In this document: positions 26,069 through 35,900 of the stretch, one piece after another | How positions within the stretch are numbered: position 1 is the stretch's first letter | Layout: each line of letters begins with the position of its first letter | From: a virus | Lineage: Duplodnaviria > Caudoviricetes | DNA length: 64,000 nt | Virus record (IMG/VR): IMGVR_UViG_3300048853_000062 | Location: 4,853-68,852 of that record | Direction: 5' to 3' (one strand) | Translations under genes and position numbers: made by a program | Notes under the pieces: generated by a model | Database searches by the model: none | The model's input: the letters and a program-made list of their open reading frames with translations, nothing else | Told to the model about the DNA's origin: nothing

Positions 26069-26809
26069 ATGGGAGTTGCATTGTCTATATTGCCGTTTCA
26101 CCCGACGACCGGACTCCAAGCTCTCGACTTCACCAAGCGTGGTTGCCCGATCTGGCCCGTTATGGGCGGATCCGAGGATGCCGGAGGCGAAGGAGGAGCT
26201 GCGGCGGCCGGTCAGCAACAGGCCGCCGGTCAGCAGCAGTCAGGTGGCTCCGATAAGGGGTTCCCGGACAACACGCCCGTCAAGGACATGACCGTCGAGC
26301 AGCAGGCCGCGTACTACCGGTTCCAGAACCGGCAGGCCGACAACAAGCTCGCCGGTTTCCACGGCTTCACGCCGCAGGACGTCAACGCGATGTGGCAGCG
26401 GCTGGAGCAGCTCGACAGCGAGAGGCTGTCGGCTGATCAGAAGGCGGTGCGGGAAGCCGAAAAGGCTGCGCGCGCCGCGGCGGACGCCGAGTGGAAGCCG
26501 AAGCTGCTCAATGCGCAGCTGCGGTCGATCGCGGGCGAAGTCCTCAAGGGCGACGACCTGGAGTCGTGGATGTTCGGCAGGAATGCCGCGGCGTTCGCAG
26601 GCGACGACGGTGAGATCGACCGGGAGAAGGTGATGGGTCTGCTCAAGGCCTATCACGACGGCGACGGAGGCAACGGGCAACAGCGGGCCGGACAGCAGCA
26701 GGCGCCGGCCTGGGGGCAACAGAGTGGCGGCACCGGCCCCGTCGTGCGTCCAGGTGACTCCGGACGGGCCGCAGCTGCCAAGCGCTTCAAGACCACCACT
26801 TCCACGTAG
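26069..26809 (+). CDS. Scaffolding protein
   Basis: GFPDNTPVKDMTVEQQAAYYR, coiled coil, GRAAAAKRF terminus; directly upstream of the capsid genes. Confidence 0.85.
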   Translation: MGVALSILPFHPTTGLQALDFTKRGCPIWPVMGGSEDAGGEGGAAAAGQQQAAGQQQSGGSDKGFPDNTPVKDMTVEQQAAYYRFQNRQADNKLAGFHGFTPQDVNAMWQRLEQLDSERLSADQKAVREAEKAARAAADAEWKPKLLNAQLRSIAGEVLKGDDLESWMFGRNAAAFAGDDGEIDREKVMGLLKAYHDGDGGNGQQRAGQQQAPAWGQQSGGTGPVVRPGDSGRAAAAKRFKTTTST

Positions 26810-26823
26810 AAAGGAAGCTCGCG

Positions 26824-27240
26824 ATGTCGACCGATATCTCGATGCAGACGACGACCTATCAGGTCGGCAACAAGCAGTGGCTCCTGCAGGAGCCCAAGGT
26901 CAAGCTCAACGTGACCTACGACATCTCCAAGTTCACGCAGGGCACTCACTTCCCGAACGGGTTCATCCCGTCGGGCGTCGCCCTGGGCAAGGTCACCGCG
27001 ACCGGACTCGTCGGCCCGTACGACGGCACCGCGTCCGACGGCCGGGAGACCCTGTACGGCCATGGCTACGCCGACGTCCGCGCAGTGCACCAGAACGGCG
27101 CTGTCGCAACGCAGGTCGGCACCGGTGCGGTCGTCAACGACGCCATCATCTCGGTGTCCAAGCTGCCGTTCCAGGCCGGAGCGGGCGCGGTCGATGCCGC
27201 CGGCAAGGCCGACGTTCCCACCATCCGCTACGAGGCCTGA
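26824..27240 (+). CDS. Head decoration protein
   Basis: FPNGFIPSGVALGKVTATGLVGPYDGTASDGRE; between scaffold and capsid. Confidence 0.85.
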   Translation: MSTDISMQTTTYQVGNKQWLLQEPKVKLNVTYDISKFTQGTHFPNGFIPSGVALGKVTATGLVGPYDGTASDGRETLYGHGYADVRAVHQNGAVATQVGTGAVVNDAIISVSKLPFQAGAGAVDAAGKADVPTIRYEA

Positions 27241-27254
27241 GAGGAGTTTGACCC

Positions 27255-28313
27255 ATGGCTCTGTTTCTTGACGGCCCCGTGCCGCTCGAAGACACGATCG
27301 TGTTCACGCAGGAGATCCCCCTGCCGTCGAACAACCGCTTCACCCAGATGTTCCCCCGCCGTGATCTCGACACCGACGAGATCGACTTCGCGACGATCAC
27401 GCGGACCAACCGGGCTGCGAAGTTCCGCAACTGGGACGGTTCGTTCTGGGTGGCGCCGCGTGACGCCGGCTCGGAGAAGCGCGTCCGGATGCTGCCGCTG
27501 GGCGCGCAGCTGTCGGTCGGTGAGTACGAGCGTCGGCAGAAGGAGTTCGCCCGCTACGGCGGCACCATCCAGAACATCCTGGTCGACGCCGTGTACGACG
27601 ACCTGGCCAACCTGACGCGCTACGCGCAGAACCGCGTCGAGCTGGCCTGGGGCGACGTCCTCACCGATGGTGTGCTCACCATCAACGAGAACGGCGTGCA
27701 GCAGCAGGTCGACTACGGCATCCCGCTCGCGCAGCGAGTCACCCCGACCACGCTGTGGTCGAACCGTGCCGCGTCCACGCCGCTCACGGATCTGCTCGCG
27801 TGGACCGCCGTGTACTCCGCGGCGGCCGGCGTTCCGCAGGGCCAGTTCATGACCTCGAACCAGGTCGTGCAGGATCTCATGCAGAACACGCAGCTGATCA
27901 ACGCAATCAAGGGCGCGCAGACCGGCACCACCTGGGTGTCGATCACCGAGATCAACGCGTTCCTGTCCGGGTTCGGCATCCCGCCGTTCGTGGTGCCCAC
28001 CGATGGTCAGCCCGGTGGGTCGATCTACGGGTCGAGCTTCGACGTCGACGGCACCACCACAGCAGCGTTCCCCGCGAACAAGCTGCTGTTCCTGCCGTCG
28101 GATCTGTCGACGCTCGGCTTCACCGCATGGGGCGTGCCCACCACGCTGATGGAGCTGAACGACAACCACGTTCAGGTCGAGTCGGCGCAGGGCATCATCG
28201 GCATCCTCGTTCGCGAGGAGCAGCCGCCGTTCCGCAAGACGACGTTCGTCGACGGCGTGGTGCTGCCCGTCATCGCGGATCCCCGCAAGATCCTCATCGC
28301 CACGGTCCGATAA
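27255..28313 (+). CDS. Major capsid protein (lambda E family)
   Basis: 352 aa; NRAAKFRNWDG, QNRVELAWGDVLTDG, VLPVIADP. Confidence 0.9.
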   Translation: MALFLDGPVPLEDTIVFTQEIPLPSNNRFTQMFPRRDLDTDEIDFATITRTNRAAKFRNWDGSFWVAPRDAGSEKRVRMLPLGAQLSVGEYERRQKEFARYGGTIQNILVDAVYDDLANLTRYAQNRVELAWGDVLTDGVLTINENGVQQQVDYGIPLAQRVTPTTLWSNRAASTPLTDLLAWTAVYSAAAGVPQGQFMTSNQVVQDLMQNTQLINAIKGAQTGTTWVSITEINAFLSGFGIPPFVVPTDGQPGGSIYGSSFDVDGTTTAAFPANKLLFLPSDLSTLGFTAWGVPTTLMELNDNHVQVESAQGIIGILVREEQPPFRKTTFVDGVVLPVIADPRKILIATVR

Positions 28314-28324
28314 GGAGATCCCAC

Positions 28325-28615
28325 ATGGCAATCAATCACAGCGAGTACTCGGTCCACGTCACCGACAAGAAGGGCAAGTCGGTGTGCGTCAAGCCGGGTG
28401 ACGAGATCCCCGACGGCGTGGACGTCGACAACCCCTACGTCCTGGGCGATGACGCGGAGGGCGGTTCGGATGGCCCGCCGCCCAAGGCTGGTCGTGGGTC
28501 CGGCGAGGACAAGTGGCGCGCCTACGCCGAGGCGAACGACGTCGACGTGTCCGCTGCGACGAACCGCGACGAGGTCATCGCGGCTGTCGCGAACGCGGGT
28601 GTGCCAATCGAATGA
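28325..28615 (+). CDS. Small head-associated protein with a C-terminal helical (Lsr2/HeH-like) domain
   Basis: PPKAGRGSGEDKWRAYA...TNRDEVIAAV; AGGAG RBS. Confidence 0.7.
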   Translation: MAINHSEYSVHVTDKKGKSVCVKPGDEIPDGVDVDNPYVLGDDAEGGSDGPPPKAGRGSGEDKWRAYAEANDVDVSAATNRDEVIAAVANAGVPIE

Positions 28616-29055
28616 CCGCACCGACCCAGGGCAAGTTCACATCGGCTGACGACGTGACCGGCCGGTTCGAGGGCACGATCCCTTCGAGCCGGCTGCCCTG
28701 GGTCGCTCTGCGTATCCGGGACGTGGAGAGCGAGTTGATGTTTCAGGTGCCGTCGCTGCGTAAGCCGATGGAGGAGGTCGTCGCCGAATCCGTCGCTGCG
28801 GGAGACCCGGACCGCCCAAACCGCGTGAGAGTGCTGGTCGCGGAGAAGGTCCTGGACCTGTACCGCAACCCAGGCGGGCCGACAACGCAGCACAGCACGA
28901 CGACACCTGACATCACCACCAGTCGGGCGTGGGCGCCGGATCCCACGCGAGGCCGGGTGCAGTTCACCGCGGCCGAGTTGGACAAGCTGCGACTGCGCAC
29001 CCCGCGGTGCCGATTCGGTTCCTTCACCGTCCTCCCGGGGCACCTCACCTCCTGA
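28612..29055 (+). CDS. Head-to-tail adaptor
   Basis: FTSADDVTGRF...VAEKVLDLYRNPGG; synteny. Confidence 0.8.
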   Translation: MTAPTQGKFTSADDVTGRFEGTIPSSRLPWVALRIRDVESELMFQVPSLRKPMEEVVAESVAAGDPDRPNRVRVLVAEKVLDLYRNPGGPTTQHSTTTPDITTSRAWAPDPTRGRVQFTAAELDKLRLRTPRCRFGSFTVLPGHLTS

Positions 29056-29462
29056 TGAGCGCACCCGTCGACGGCATGACCGCTGACGCGCGGGCCGCCA
29101 TAGGTGAACTTCTCGACCTGCGCGGCCAGCCGATCGTGCTGACACCAGCCGCTGGCACGGTCGTGGAGAAGCCAGGCGGAGGCAAGGATTACGCGCCAGG
29201 CCCGCCTCGGCCGCCGCAGGTGTTCGCCAAGTTCGCGACGAAGGCGCTCGGCGAGGCCGAGAACGCCCAGACCGATCAGGGCACCACCCGAAAGTTCATA
29301 TTCGACCTGATCGGGGCCTACGACGCCATCATGGCAGTCGGTGATCACTGGGAGGATCACGCTGCGAAGTACGTCGTGGACGCCGTCGACAACACCCAGC
29401 CGTACCAGATCAAGGCCACGGTGACCGCGTTCCTCAAGACGACCGGGCACGGCTTTGGCTAA
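29055..29462 (+). CDS. Head-to-tail stopper (putative)
   Basis: Synteny; beta-rich 135 aa. Confidence 0.6.
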   Translation: MSAPVDGMTADARAAIGELLDLRGQPIVLTPAAGTVVEKPGGGKDYAPGPPRPPQVFAKFATKALGEAENAQTDQGTTRKFIFDLIGAYDAIMAVGDHWEDHAAKYVVDAVDNTQPYQIKATVTAFLKTTGHGFG

Positions 29463-29859
29463 GGCGTACGGCCGGCTCACCGAACTCAACACCGGGCTGG
29501 CCAAGCTACGGGACAACTGCCGCTCGCTCAAACCCGACTATGAGAAGGTCGTCGACTCGACGATGACGCTCGCCGCGGCCGAGGGCGAAGCGCGGATGAA
29601 GGAACGCGCGCCGTGGTCGGACAACACCGGCAATCGTGACGATCGTCAACCTGGCCAGGCCCGCGCAGCGCTGTTCACCGCCACCAACCTCGCCGGACCG
29701 CACAAGTCGATCCACTTCAGTCACGGTGTCGACTACGGCATCTGGCTTGAGATCAGCAACCACGGCCAGTACCAGATCATCATGCCGACTGTCGCATTTA
29801 TGGGCCGTCAACTGATGAAGAGCCTCCGCGGATCCCTGAACACCGTGCGGAAGATGTAG
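29455..29859 (+). CDS. HK97 gp10-like neck protein
   Basis: APWSDNTG...SHGVDYGIWLE...IIMPT. Confidence 0.8.
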   Translation: MAKAYGRLTELNTGLAKLRDNCRSLKPDYEKVVDSTMTLAAAEGEARMKERAPWSDNTGNRDDRQPGQARAALFTATNLAGPHKSIHFSHGVDYGIWLEISNHGQYQIIMPTVAFMGRQLMKSLRGSLNTVRKM

Positions 29860-30297
29860 ATGGCGCGCGCAGCGGTCCTGCAGCTTCTCCGCGCCGACAC
29901 CCAGCTGGCCACGCTCGGCGGCGTGGGGTTCGTGGTCGAAGCCCAGTTCTCCTACGAACAGCGCCCCAACGACCGCGGAGCGTTCGCCGTGATCTGCTGG
30001 CGCCACACCGACTTCGAGGACGACATCCAGGCGAACGCCGAACAGCACTTCGACCTGTACGTCCACCTGCCGGTCGCCGTGTCGACCGACTACGGGCGCA
30101 TCGACGCCGTCCTCGACCGCGTCGATGAGCTCTTTGCCGGCGTCTCCGACGCCCAACCCCCGGTTGTGGGCGGCGACGGTCGGCAACTCGACTTCGTCGG
30201 CTTCGAGGGTCGCTCGAGGGACCTGACCGACGAGGGCTACCAGACAATCTGCCGCTACGCGTCCTACCTGGCGCTGAGCAGCACCGTGAACGCGTGA
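29860..30297 (+). CDS. Tail terminator (putative)
   Basis: Synteny; DYGRIDAVLDRV...DLTDEGY. Confidence 0.7.
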   Translation: MARAAVLQLLRADTQLATLGGVGFVVEAQFSYEQRPNDRGAFAVICWRHTDFEDDIQANAEQHFDLYVHLPVAVSTDYGRIDAVLDRVDELFAGVSDAQPPVVGGDGRQLDFVGFEGRSRDLTDEGYQTICRYASYLALSSTVNA

Positions 30298-30797
30298 CCC
30301 CACGCAACGACAGGAAGGGAACGATCATGGCAGACGCCACTTCTCAGACCACCGGACTGGTTCCTCCGACCAAGACCGCCGACGCCGACAAGGTCAAGGC
30401 CGATGTGCAGGCTGCTGCCCAGGCCACCCCGGCGAAGTCCGACGACGACAAGGCCAGCGCGGAAGCAGAGGCGGCCGCCGAAGTCGAAGCGCACCCCCGC
30501 AAGGGTCTGTACGTCCTCTACCTCGGACCGCGCAACGCCGCGATCGCCGCCGCGGCCGACGAGTACAAGAAGCGTTCACCCCGACTCGGCGAGGGCACGA
30601 AGGCCGAAATCACCTCCGCGCAGTGGGGCGAGGTGGGCCTGCCGACCAAGCGCAGCCACACCTGGGACCTGTTCAACAACTGGCAGATCCCGGCCACACA
30701 GTTCACCAACGACCAGATCGATTACCTGCTGACCAACAGCCAGCGGTTCGAACTGGTCAACGCCGCCGGCGAGAAGGTCGATTCCGTCGAGTCGTGA
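30294..30797 (+). CDS. Hypothetical structural-region protein (start may be 30326)
   Basis: Strong phage codon bias; AAGGGA RBS before ATG 30326. Confidence 0.7.
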   Translation: MTPRNDRKGTIMADATSQTTGLVPPTKTADADKVKADVQAAAQATPAKSDDDKASAEAEAAAEVEAHPRKGLYVLYLGPRNAAIAAAADEYKKRSPRLGEGTKAEITSAQWGEVGLPTKRSHTWDLFNNWQIPATQFTNDQIDYLLTNSQRFELVNAAGEKVDSVES

Positions 30798-31033
30798 CCG
30801 CGCAGGTGCAGCACGCCGCGGAGGTCCGATGCCCGAGCGGCGATCTGCACTTCAAGGTCATCGACGGTGACCGCATCGAAATCAAGTGCGGCAACAAGCG
30901 ATGCACTGGCGGCGATTCCGTTGTACTGCACCGATATTCCATTCCAGATGGAGTCCTTCTGGAAACGCTGAAGTTCAAAGACCCCGTTGTCAGAGGCCGA
31001 CGAGCCCGTCATTCCCGAAAGGAATCCCCGTAA
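30794..31033 (+). CDS. Small Cys/His zinc-finger (Com-like) protein
   Basis: EVRCPSGDLHFKV...IEIKCGNKRC; GTGA overlap. Confidence 0.6.
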   Translation: MTAQVQHAAEVRCPSGDLHFKVIDGDRIEIKCGNKRCTGGDSVVLHRYSIPDGVLLETLKFKDPVVRGRRARHSRKESP

Positions 31034-31903
31034 ATGGTCGCATCAGTGGGCAACCCGGATACCAAGCCCTACGGTCTGCATCGCGTGTGGATCACCCCCT
31101 ACGTCGACACCGACGGCACCATCCTGTCCAACACCAGCGTCCGACTGCCCCTGGCGCGGACCCTGGCGTTCTCCGAGACCGAGGACTTCGACACCCTCGA
31201 CGGCGACGACAAGGCCGCCGTGGCCATCCAGGGCAAGGGCGCCACCGTCGACGGCTCGCTCGAGGCCGGCGGCCTGGACCTGATGGCGTGGTCCATCATC
31301 ACCGGCGGCCAGCTCATCGAATCGGGCATCGAGCCCAACATCAAGCGAGTCGTCCGCAAGCGCGGCAGCGATCAGCGTCCGTACTGGCGCGCCGAGGGTC
31401 AGGTGATCTCCAACGGCGGCGGCGACAACGTCGCCCGGATCTTCCGCTGCAAGGCCAACGGCAGCATCTCCGCCGACATGCAGTACGGCACGTTCATGGT
31501 CCCCTCGATCGACTTCATGGGCACCCCGATGCCCGGCGACGAGGGCGACTACCTGTACGAGATCGAGTTCAACCAGCAGCGCACCACACTGGGCATGACG
31601 CCGGTGGCCAACCCGCTGCCCATCCCGTCGAACCTGACGGTCGGCGTGGTTGCCGCGACGTCGGCGGGCCTGATGTGGAACGACATCGCGGTCGCCGACA
31701 GCTACAAGGTGCAGAGGTCCACCGACGGCGGCGCGACGTACACCGCCGTGGCGTCGGCCGCGGGCGGGGAACCGACGAACCCCACGACCTCCATCACCGG
31801 CCTGACCGCCAACACCGCCTACAAGCTGCGTGTCGCAGGCGTGTTCGGCGGAGTCACCGGCCCGTACAGCAGCCCGGTCAGCGTCACCACGCCCGCCGCC
31901 TGA
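31034..31903 (+). CDS. Major tail protein with a C-terminal FN3/Ig-like domain
   Basis: PYGLHRVWITPY...LPLARTLAFSETEDF; terminal SITGLTANTAYKLRVAGV. Confidence 0.9.
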   Translation: MVASVGNPDTKPYGLHRVWITPYVDTDGTILSNTSVRLPLARTLAFSETEDFDTLDGDDKAAVAIQGKGATVDGSLEAGGLDLMAWSIITGGQLIESGIEPNIKRVVRKRGSDQRPYWRAEGQVISNGGGDNVARIFRCKANGSISADMQYGTFMVPSIDFMGTPMPGDEGDYLYEIEFNQQRTTLGMTPVANPLPIPSNLTVGVVAATSAGLMWNDIAVADSYKVQRSTDGGATYTAVASAAGGEPTNPTTSITGLTANTAYKLRVAGVFGGVTGPYSSPVSVTTPAA

Positions 31904-31945
31904 TCCCACGCCGCCACGAGCGGCCAGAGCCCGTAGGAGGCCACG

Positions 31946-32581
31946 ATGACCACACCCATCACCGAGAAGCAGCCGCACCAGCAGGTCCCGGCGGCTGCCA
32001 TCCGCGAATGGTGCTGCGGAACCCCGATCACGGGCCCGCACGCCGACGGCTGCGCGTACGCACCGGAACCCGACATGTCGGGCCACGCCGTCGCCGCACC
32101 CGAGACGGTCCCAGAGCCGCCGCCTGCGCCCTCACCGGCGCCGGCGGCGGCTCCTCGTCGTGGATACGGCTTCACCAAGGCCGGCGAGCACGACCTGGAC
32201 CTGCCCAGCGGGGACAGAGTGCGGTACCGCAAGCTCTCCAAGAGCTACCTGCTGAAGCTGAACCTGATCGAGGTCATGGACGGCTTCACCCCCGAGCTGC
32301 TCGCCGAGGTGAACAGCGGAGACGAAGACGTGGCGCGGGACGCGGCGCTTAAGGCGCTGACCGACCCGCAGCGCAACGGCAAGATCTTCGGCCCCGTCGA
32401 CCGGGTGGTGGCCGCGGCGGTCGTCATCCCCACCGTCGTCCTGGAGGGGCCCACCACCGACGAACAGGTCAACGTCGACGACATCGATCTCGAGGACAAG
32501 CTGACGATCTTCGATGCTGCCATTGGAGAGCAGCTCGCCGCGTTGAAAAGCGTACGCGGGCAATCGACGGCTGACCTATGA
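31946..32581 (+). CDS. Tail assembly chaperone (gpG-like)
   Basis: Between the major tail and tape measure genes; AGGAGG RBS. Confidence 0.8.
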   Translation: MTTPITEKQPHQQVPAAAIREWCCGTPITGPHADGCAYAPEPDMSGHAVAAPETVPEPPPAPSPAPAAAPRRGYGFTKAGEHDLDLPSGDRVRYRKLSKSYLLKLNLIEVMDGFTPELLAEVNSGDEDVARDAALKALTDPQRNGKIFGPVDRVVAAAVVIPTVVLEGPTTDEQVNVDDIDLEDKLTIFDAAIGEQLAALKSVRGQSTADL

Positions 32582-32915
32582 GATCCACGAACGGGCAAAG
32601 GCTTTCGGGCAGAAGCCGAGTGACGTCGCACTACTGGACGATTCCGTAGGGGAGATCGGCCGGTACTACTTCGACCGCGGTGTGTGGGCGTTCGGACGCC
32701 ACGTCGCCCAACGGCTCGAAGAGGCCAGCCAGAGCAAGAACCCGGCCATTGCCCGAGCACAACGAGCACGCGAGTGGGAAAGGCTGATGGGTGCTGACAT
32801 GACGAACTCCGCAACCGGCTTCGCCGATCCCAGCTCCGCCACCATCACCGCCCATGGCCGCGCCGTCGGCGCGGAGGCCGGCGATCCCGACGACGATCTG
32901 ATCGTCCTGGACTGA
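32547..32915 (+). CDS. Tail assembly chaperone extension (gpT-like), probably reached by frameshift
   Basis: Frame open from 32547, overlapping the end of gpG in its +1 frame; the first conventional start is only at 32682. Confidence 0.65.
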   Translation, partial: KAYAGNRRLTYEIHERAKAFGQKPSDVALLDDSVGEIGRYYFDRGVWAFGRHVAQRLEEASQSKNPAIARAQRAREWERLMGADMTNSATGFADPSSATITAHGRAVGAEAGDPDDDLIVLD

Positions 32916-35900
32916 TGCCTGACTATTCGCTCGGTCGCGCCCACGGCAAGATCGAGATCGACTACGACGGAAGCGGCGCCAACAAGGCATCCCGCGACCT
33001 CGACTCGGTAACCCAATCCTCGGCCGCCGCAGACAAGTCGCTAACCAAGACGCAGCGCACCGTCCGCGACACCGAACGCGGCATGAAGTCCGCCGGAACC
33101 GAGGCCGAGGGGTACAGCGCACGACTGAAGGACGTCGAGTCAGCAAGCAACGACGTCACTTCCGCGGAGAACCGCCTGAAGGCGACGCTGCTGGACACCA
33201 GGGCGTCCCTGGACGACATCAATGACGCCACCGACGACCTGACCGAGAAGCGCAAACGCCACGCCCAGGCCATCGACGCCGAACGCGCGGCGCACAAGGC
33301 GCTCTCCGACGGCATGAACGTCGGCCAGCGCGCTGCGTCGCTGTTCGCCGGGCTCATCCCGAACCTGAACTCCGGTCTCGACCGGCTGTCGACTGTCACG
33401 GCGGAAGCCGGCCAGCAGTCCAGTGGGCTGGCATCGAAGATCAGCTCGGTCGCCAAGGTCGTAGCGTTCCTCGGCCCGCAGGGCAGGGCAGCGTCTGCAG
33501 GCTTGACGCTGCTGGCCAACGGCATGGACGAGGTGGGGTCCAGCGCCAGCAGCGGAAGCGGACTGGTCAGCGGCTTCGTCAAGAACATCGCCGCGTTCGA
33601 AGTGGAGTTCGGCAAGATCGCCGGACTATCCCTGGCATTGCCGTCGGTCGGCGGCCTGGCCGGGCTGGGCGGCGCAGCATCCATCCAGGGCATCGTCGGG
33701 GTTGCCGACGCCATCAGAGACCTCTCCGGCGCCCTCGGACTCCTGCCCTCGATCATCTCCGGTGTCGGGTTCTCCATGAGCACCCTGCAGCTGGCGTTCC
33801 GCGGTGTCGGCGACGCGCTGACCAACATGATGGCCGACGACCCCAAGGCGTTCCTCGAGAGCATCAAGAACATGGGACCGGCTGCGGCGCAGTCGATGCT
33901 GCAGATCGCCGGGTTCCGCGACCAGTTCAAATTGGCCGGCGGAGCGGTCCAGGACTCGTTCTTCCGTCAGATCGCAGACGACATCGCACCACTGATCCAA
34001 ACGTGGCTGCCTGCGGTGACGGCGGGCATGTCGCAGGTGGCCGGGGTGTTCGGCCAGCTGGCGAGCTACTTCGCCAAACTGCTGATGCAGCCCGCGGCCA
34101 CGGGCGCCTTCCAGCAGTTCGTCGACAACCTCTCCGCCGGCCTGGCCGCCCTGCAGCCCGCGATCGCGCCGCTACTTGAGATCTTCACCCAGCTCACCGT
34201 CGTCGGGTCCTCGGTCTTCCAGGAGATCGCCGGCCACATCAGCCATGTGCTGACGTTCTTCGCCCAGCTCGTCGACCAGGCCGCCGCGTCTGGCGAGCTG
34301 CGGCAGTGGATTGTCACCGCGGTCAACGGTTTCGGCCACCTGATCAACATCATGTACTCGGTCACCTCTGCCTTCAACACCATCATGAACGTCGCCGAAC
34401 AGTTCGGCGGGGGCGGCATGCTGGCGTGGCTCGAGCAGCTGGCCGAGCAGCTCAACCAGTGGACGAAGTCCGCCGAAGGGCAGAACGCGCTGGCCGAGTT
34501 CTTCTCGGCCGTGCGCCAAGCCACCGAAGCATTCACCCCGATGCTGGGTCCGTTGGTTCAGGGCATCGCGTCGATCGCCACTGCGTTCACGCAGCTCGGC
34601 ATCGCGACCGCCCCTGGATGGCAGACATTCTTCGACACGTTCGCCGCCACCATGGCCGCGCTCGCCCCGCAGATCGTGGGAATGGGGCCCGCGATCAACA
34701 CGTTCCTCACCGGCCTGTCGCAGTCGTTCGCGAATCTGGTGGCCACACTCGGTCCGCAGCTGCCACGGATCTTCCAGGACCTCGCCAATGCGTTCGTGGC
34801 ACTCCTTCCTCAGATCCCCGCTCTCGCAGTGGTGTTCGTACAGCTCGTCGAAGGCGTCGGCCCGCAGCTGCCCAAGTTCTTCGGTGCCATCACCGACCTC
34901 ATCATCGCTCTGCTGCCCTACGTCCCCACACTGATCGGCTTCGTGCGCAACCTCGTCTCGGTGATGACGTGGTTCATCGAGCGCGGCACCGGTGTCGTCA
35001 ACTGGTTCACCAACTTCTCCAAGGGAGTCCAGGACTTCGTCGGCAAGATCCCCGGCGCGCTGACGAAGATCACCGACGCGATCACCAACTTCTTCGATCG
35101 CCTCCCCGACATCGCCCTCAACGCGGGCCGATCGATGATCCGGAGCCTGATCGAAGGCATCACCGACAACGCCCTGACGAGGGGCCTCGGCGACGCCGCC
35201 AAGCGGGTCGTCGACGAGGTGTCTTCATGGTTCCCGCAGTCACCGGCCAAGCAGGGGCCGTTCTCCGGATCCGGCTACACCTACGTCCGCGGCCAGAAGA
35301 TCGTCACCGACATGGCCGCCGGCATGGCGTCGGCCCAGCCATCCATCGAGGCCGCCGCGGCGCAGACCGCCCAGACCGCGAGCGGCGCCCTGGCCAACGC
35401 CACCGGCGGCGCTCCGTCGCCCACGGGCAGTAGCACCACCGGTTCAGCGCTGCTGCCCGACAACATCGCTGGCGCAAGCACCGACATCCTCACCGCCTAC
35501 CTCCGCCACGAGTTCTCCGACAACCGCGGACTCAAGGGTCTGGCCAAGGACTTCGGCGCCATCCTCGACGTCGCCAAGAGCGGTGCCGACCTGATCACCC
35601 AGAACGTCATGCAACCCCTGTTCGAGGGGTTGGGGATGCTGCCTGGCGCGAAGACGCAGGCGTGGCGCAAGAAGGACCCTGCCGAAATCGCCGCCGAGCA
35701 GCAGCAGGAGTTGCAGCGCAAGGCACTCGAAGGCAGCGGCACTACCGACGAGGGACCGTCCTGGCAAGACGTCGTCGGCCCGTCGGCCGCCGCGGCGCCC
35801 ACCGGCGGGGGACAGGTGCCGCTCGACGTCACCGCGTCGTCGAGCAAGACCGACATCCAGAAGGCCATCATCGCCGCGGGCAAGGCCCGCAACATGAACG

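Noticed and set aside
32541-32581. Canonical -1 tail-chaperone frameshift
   Set aside because: No slippery heptamer, and the -1 frame hits TGA before the gpG stop.
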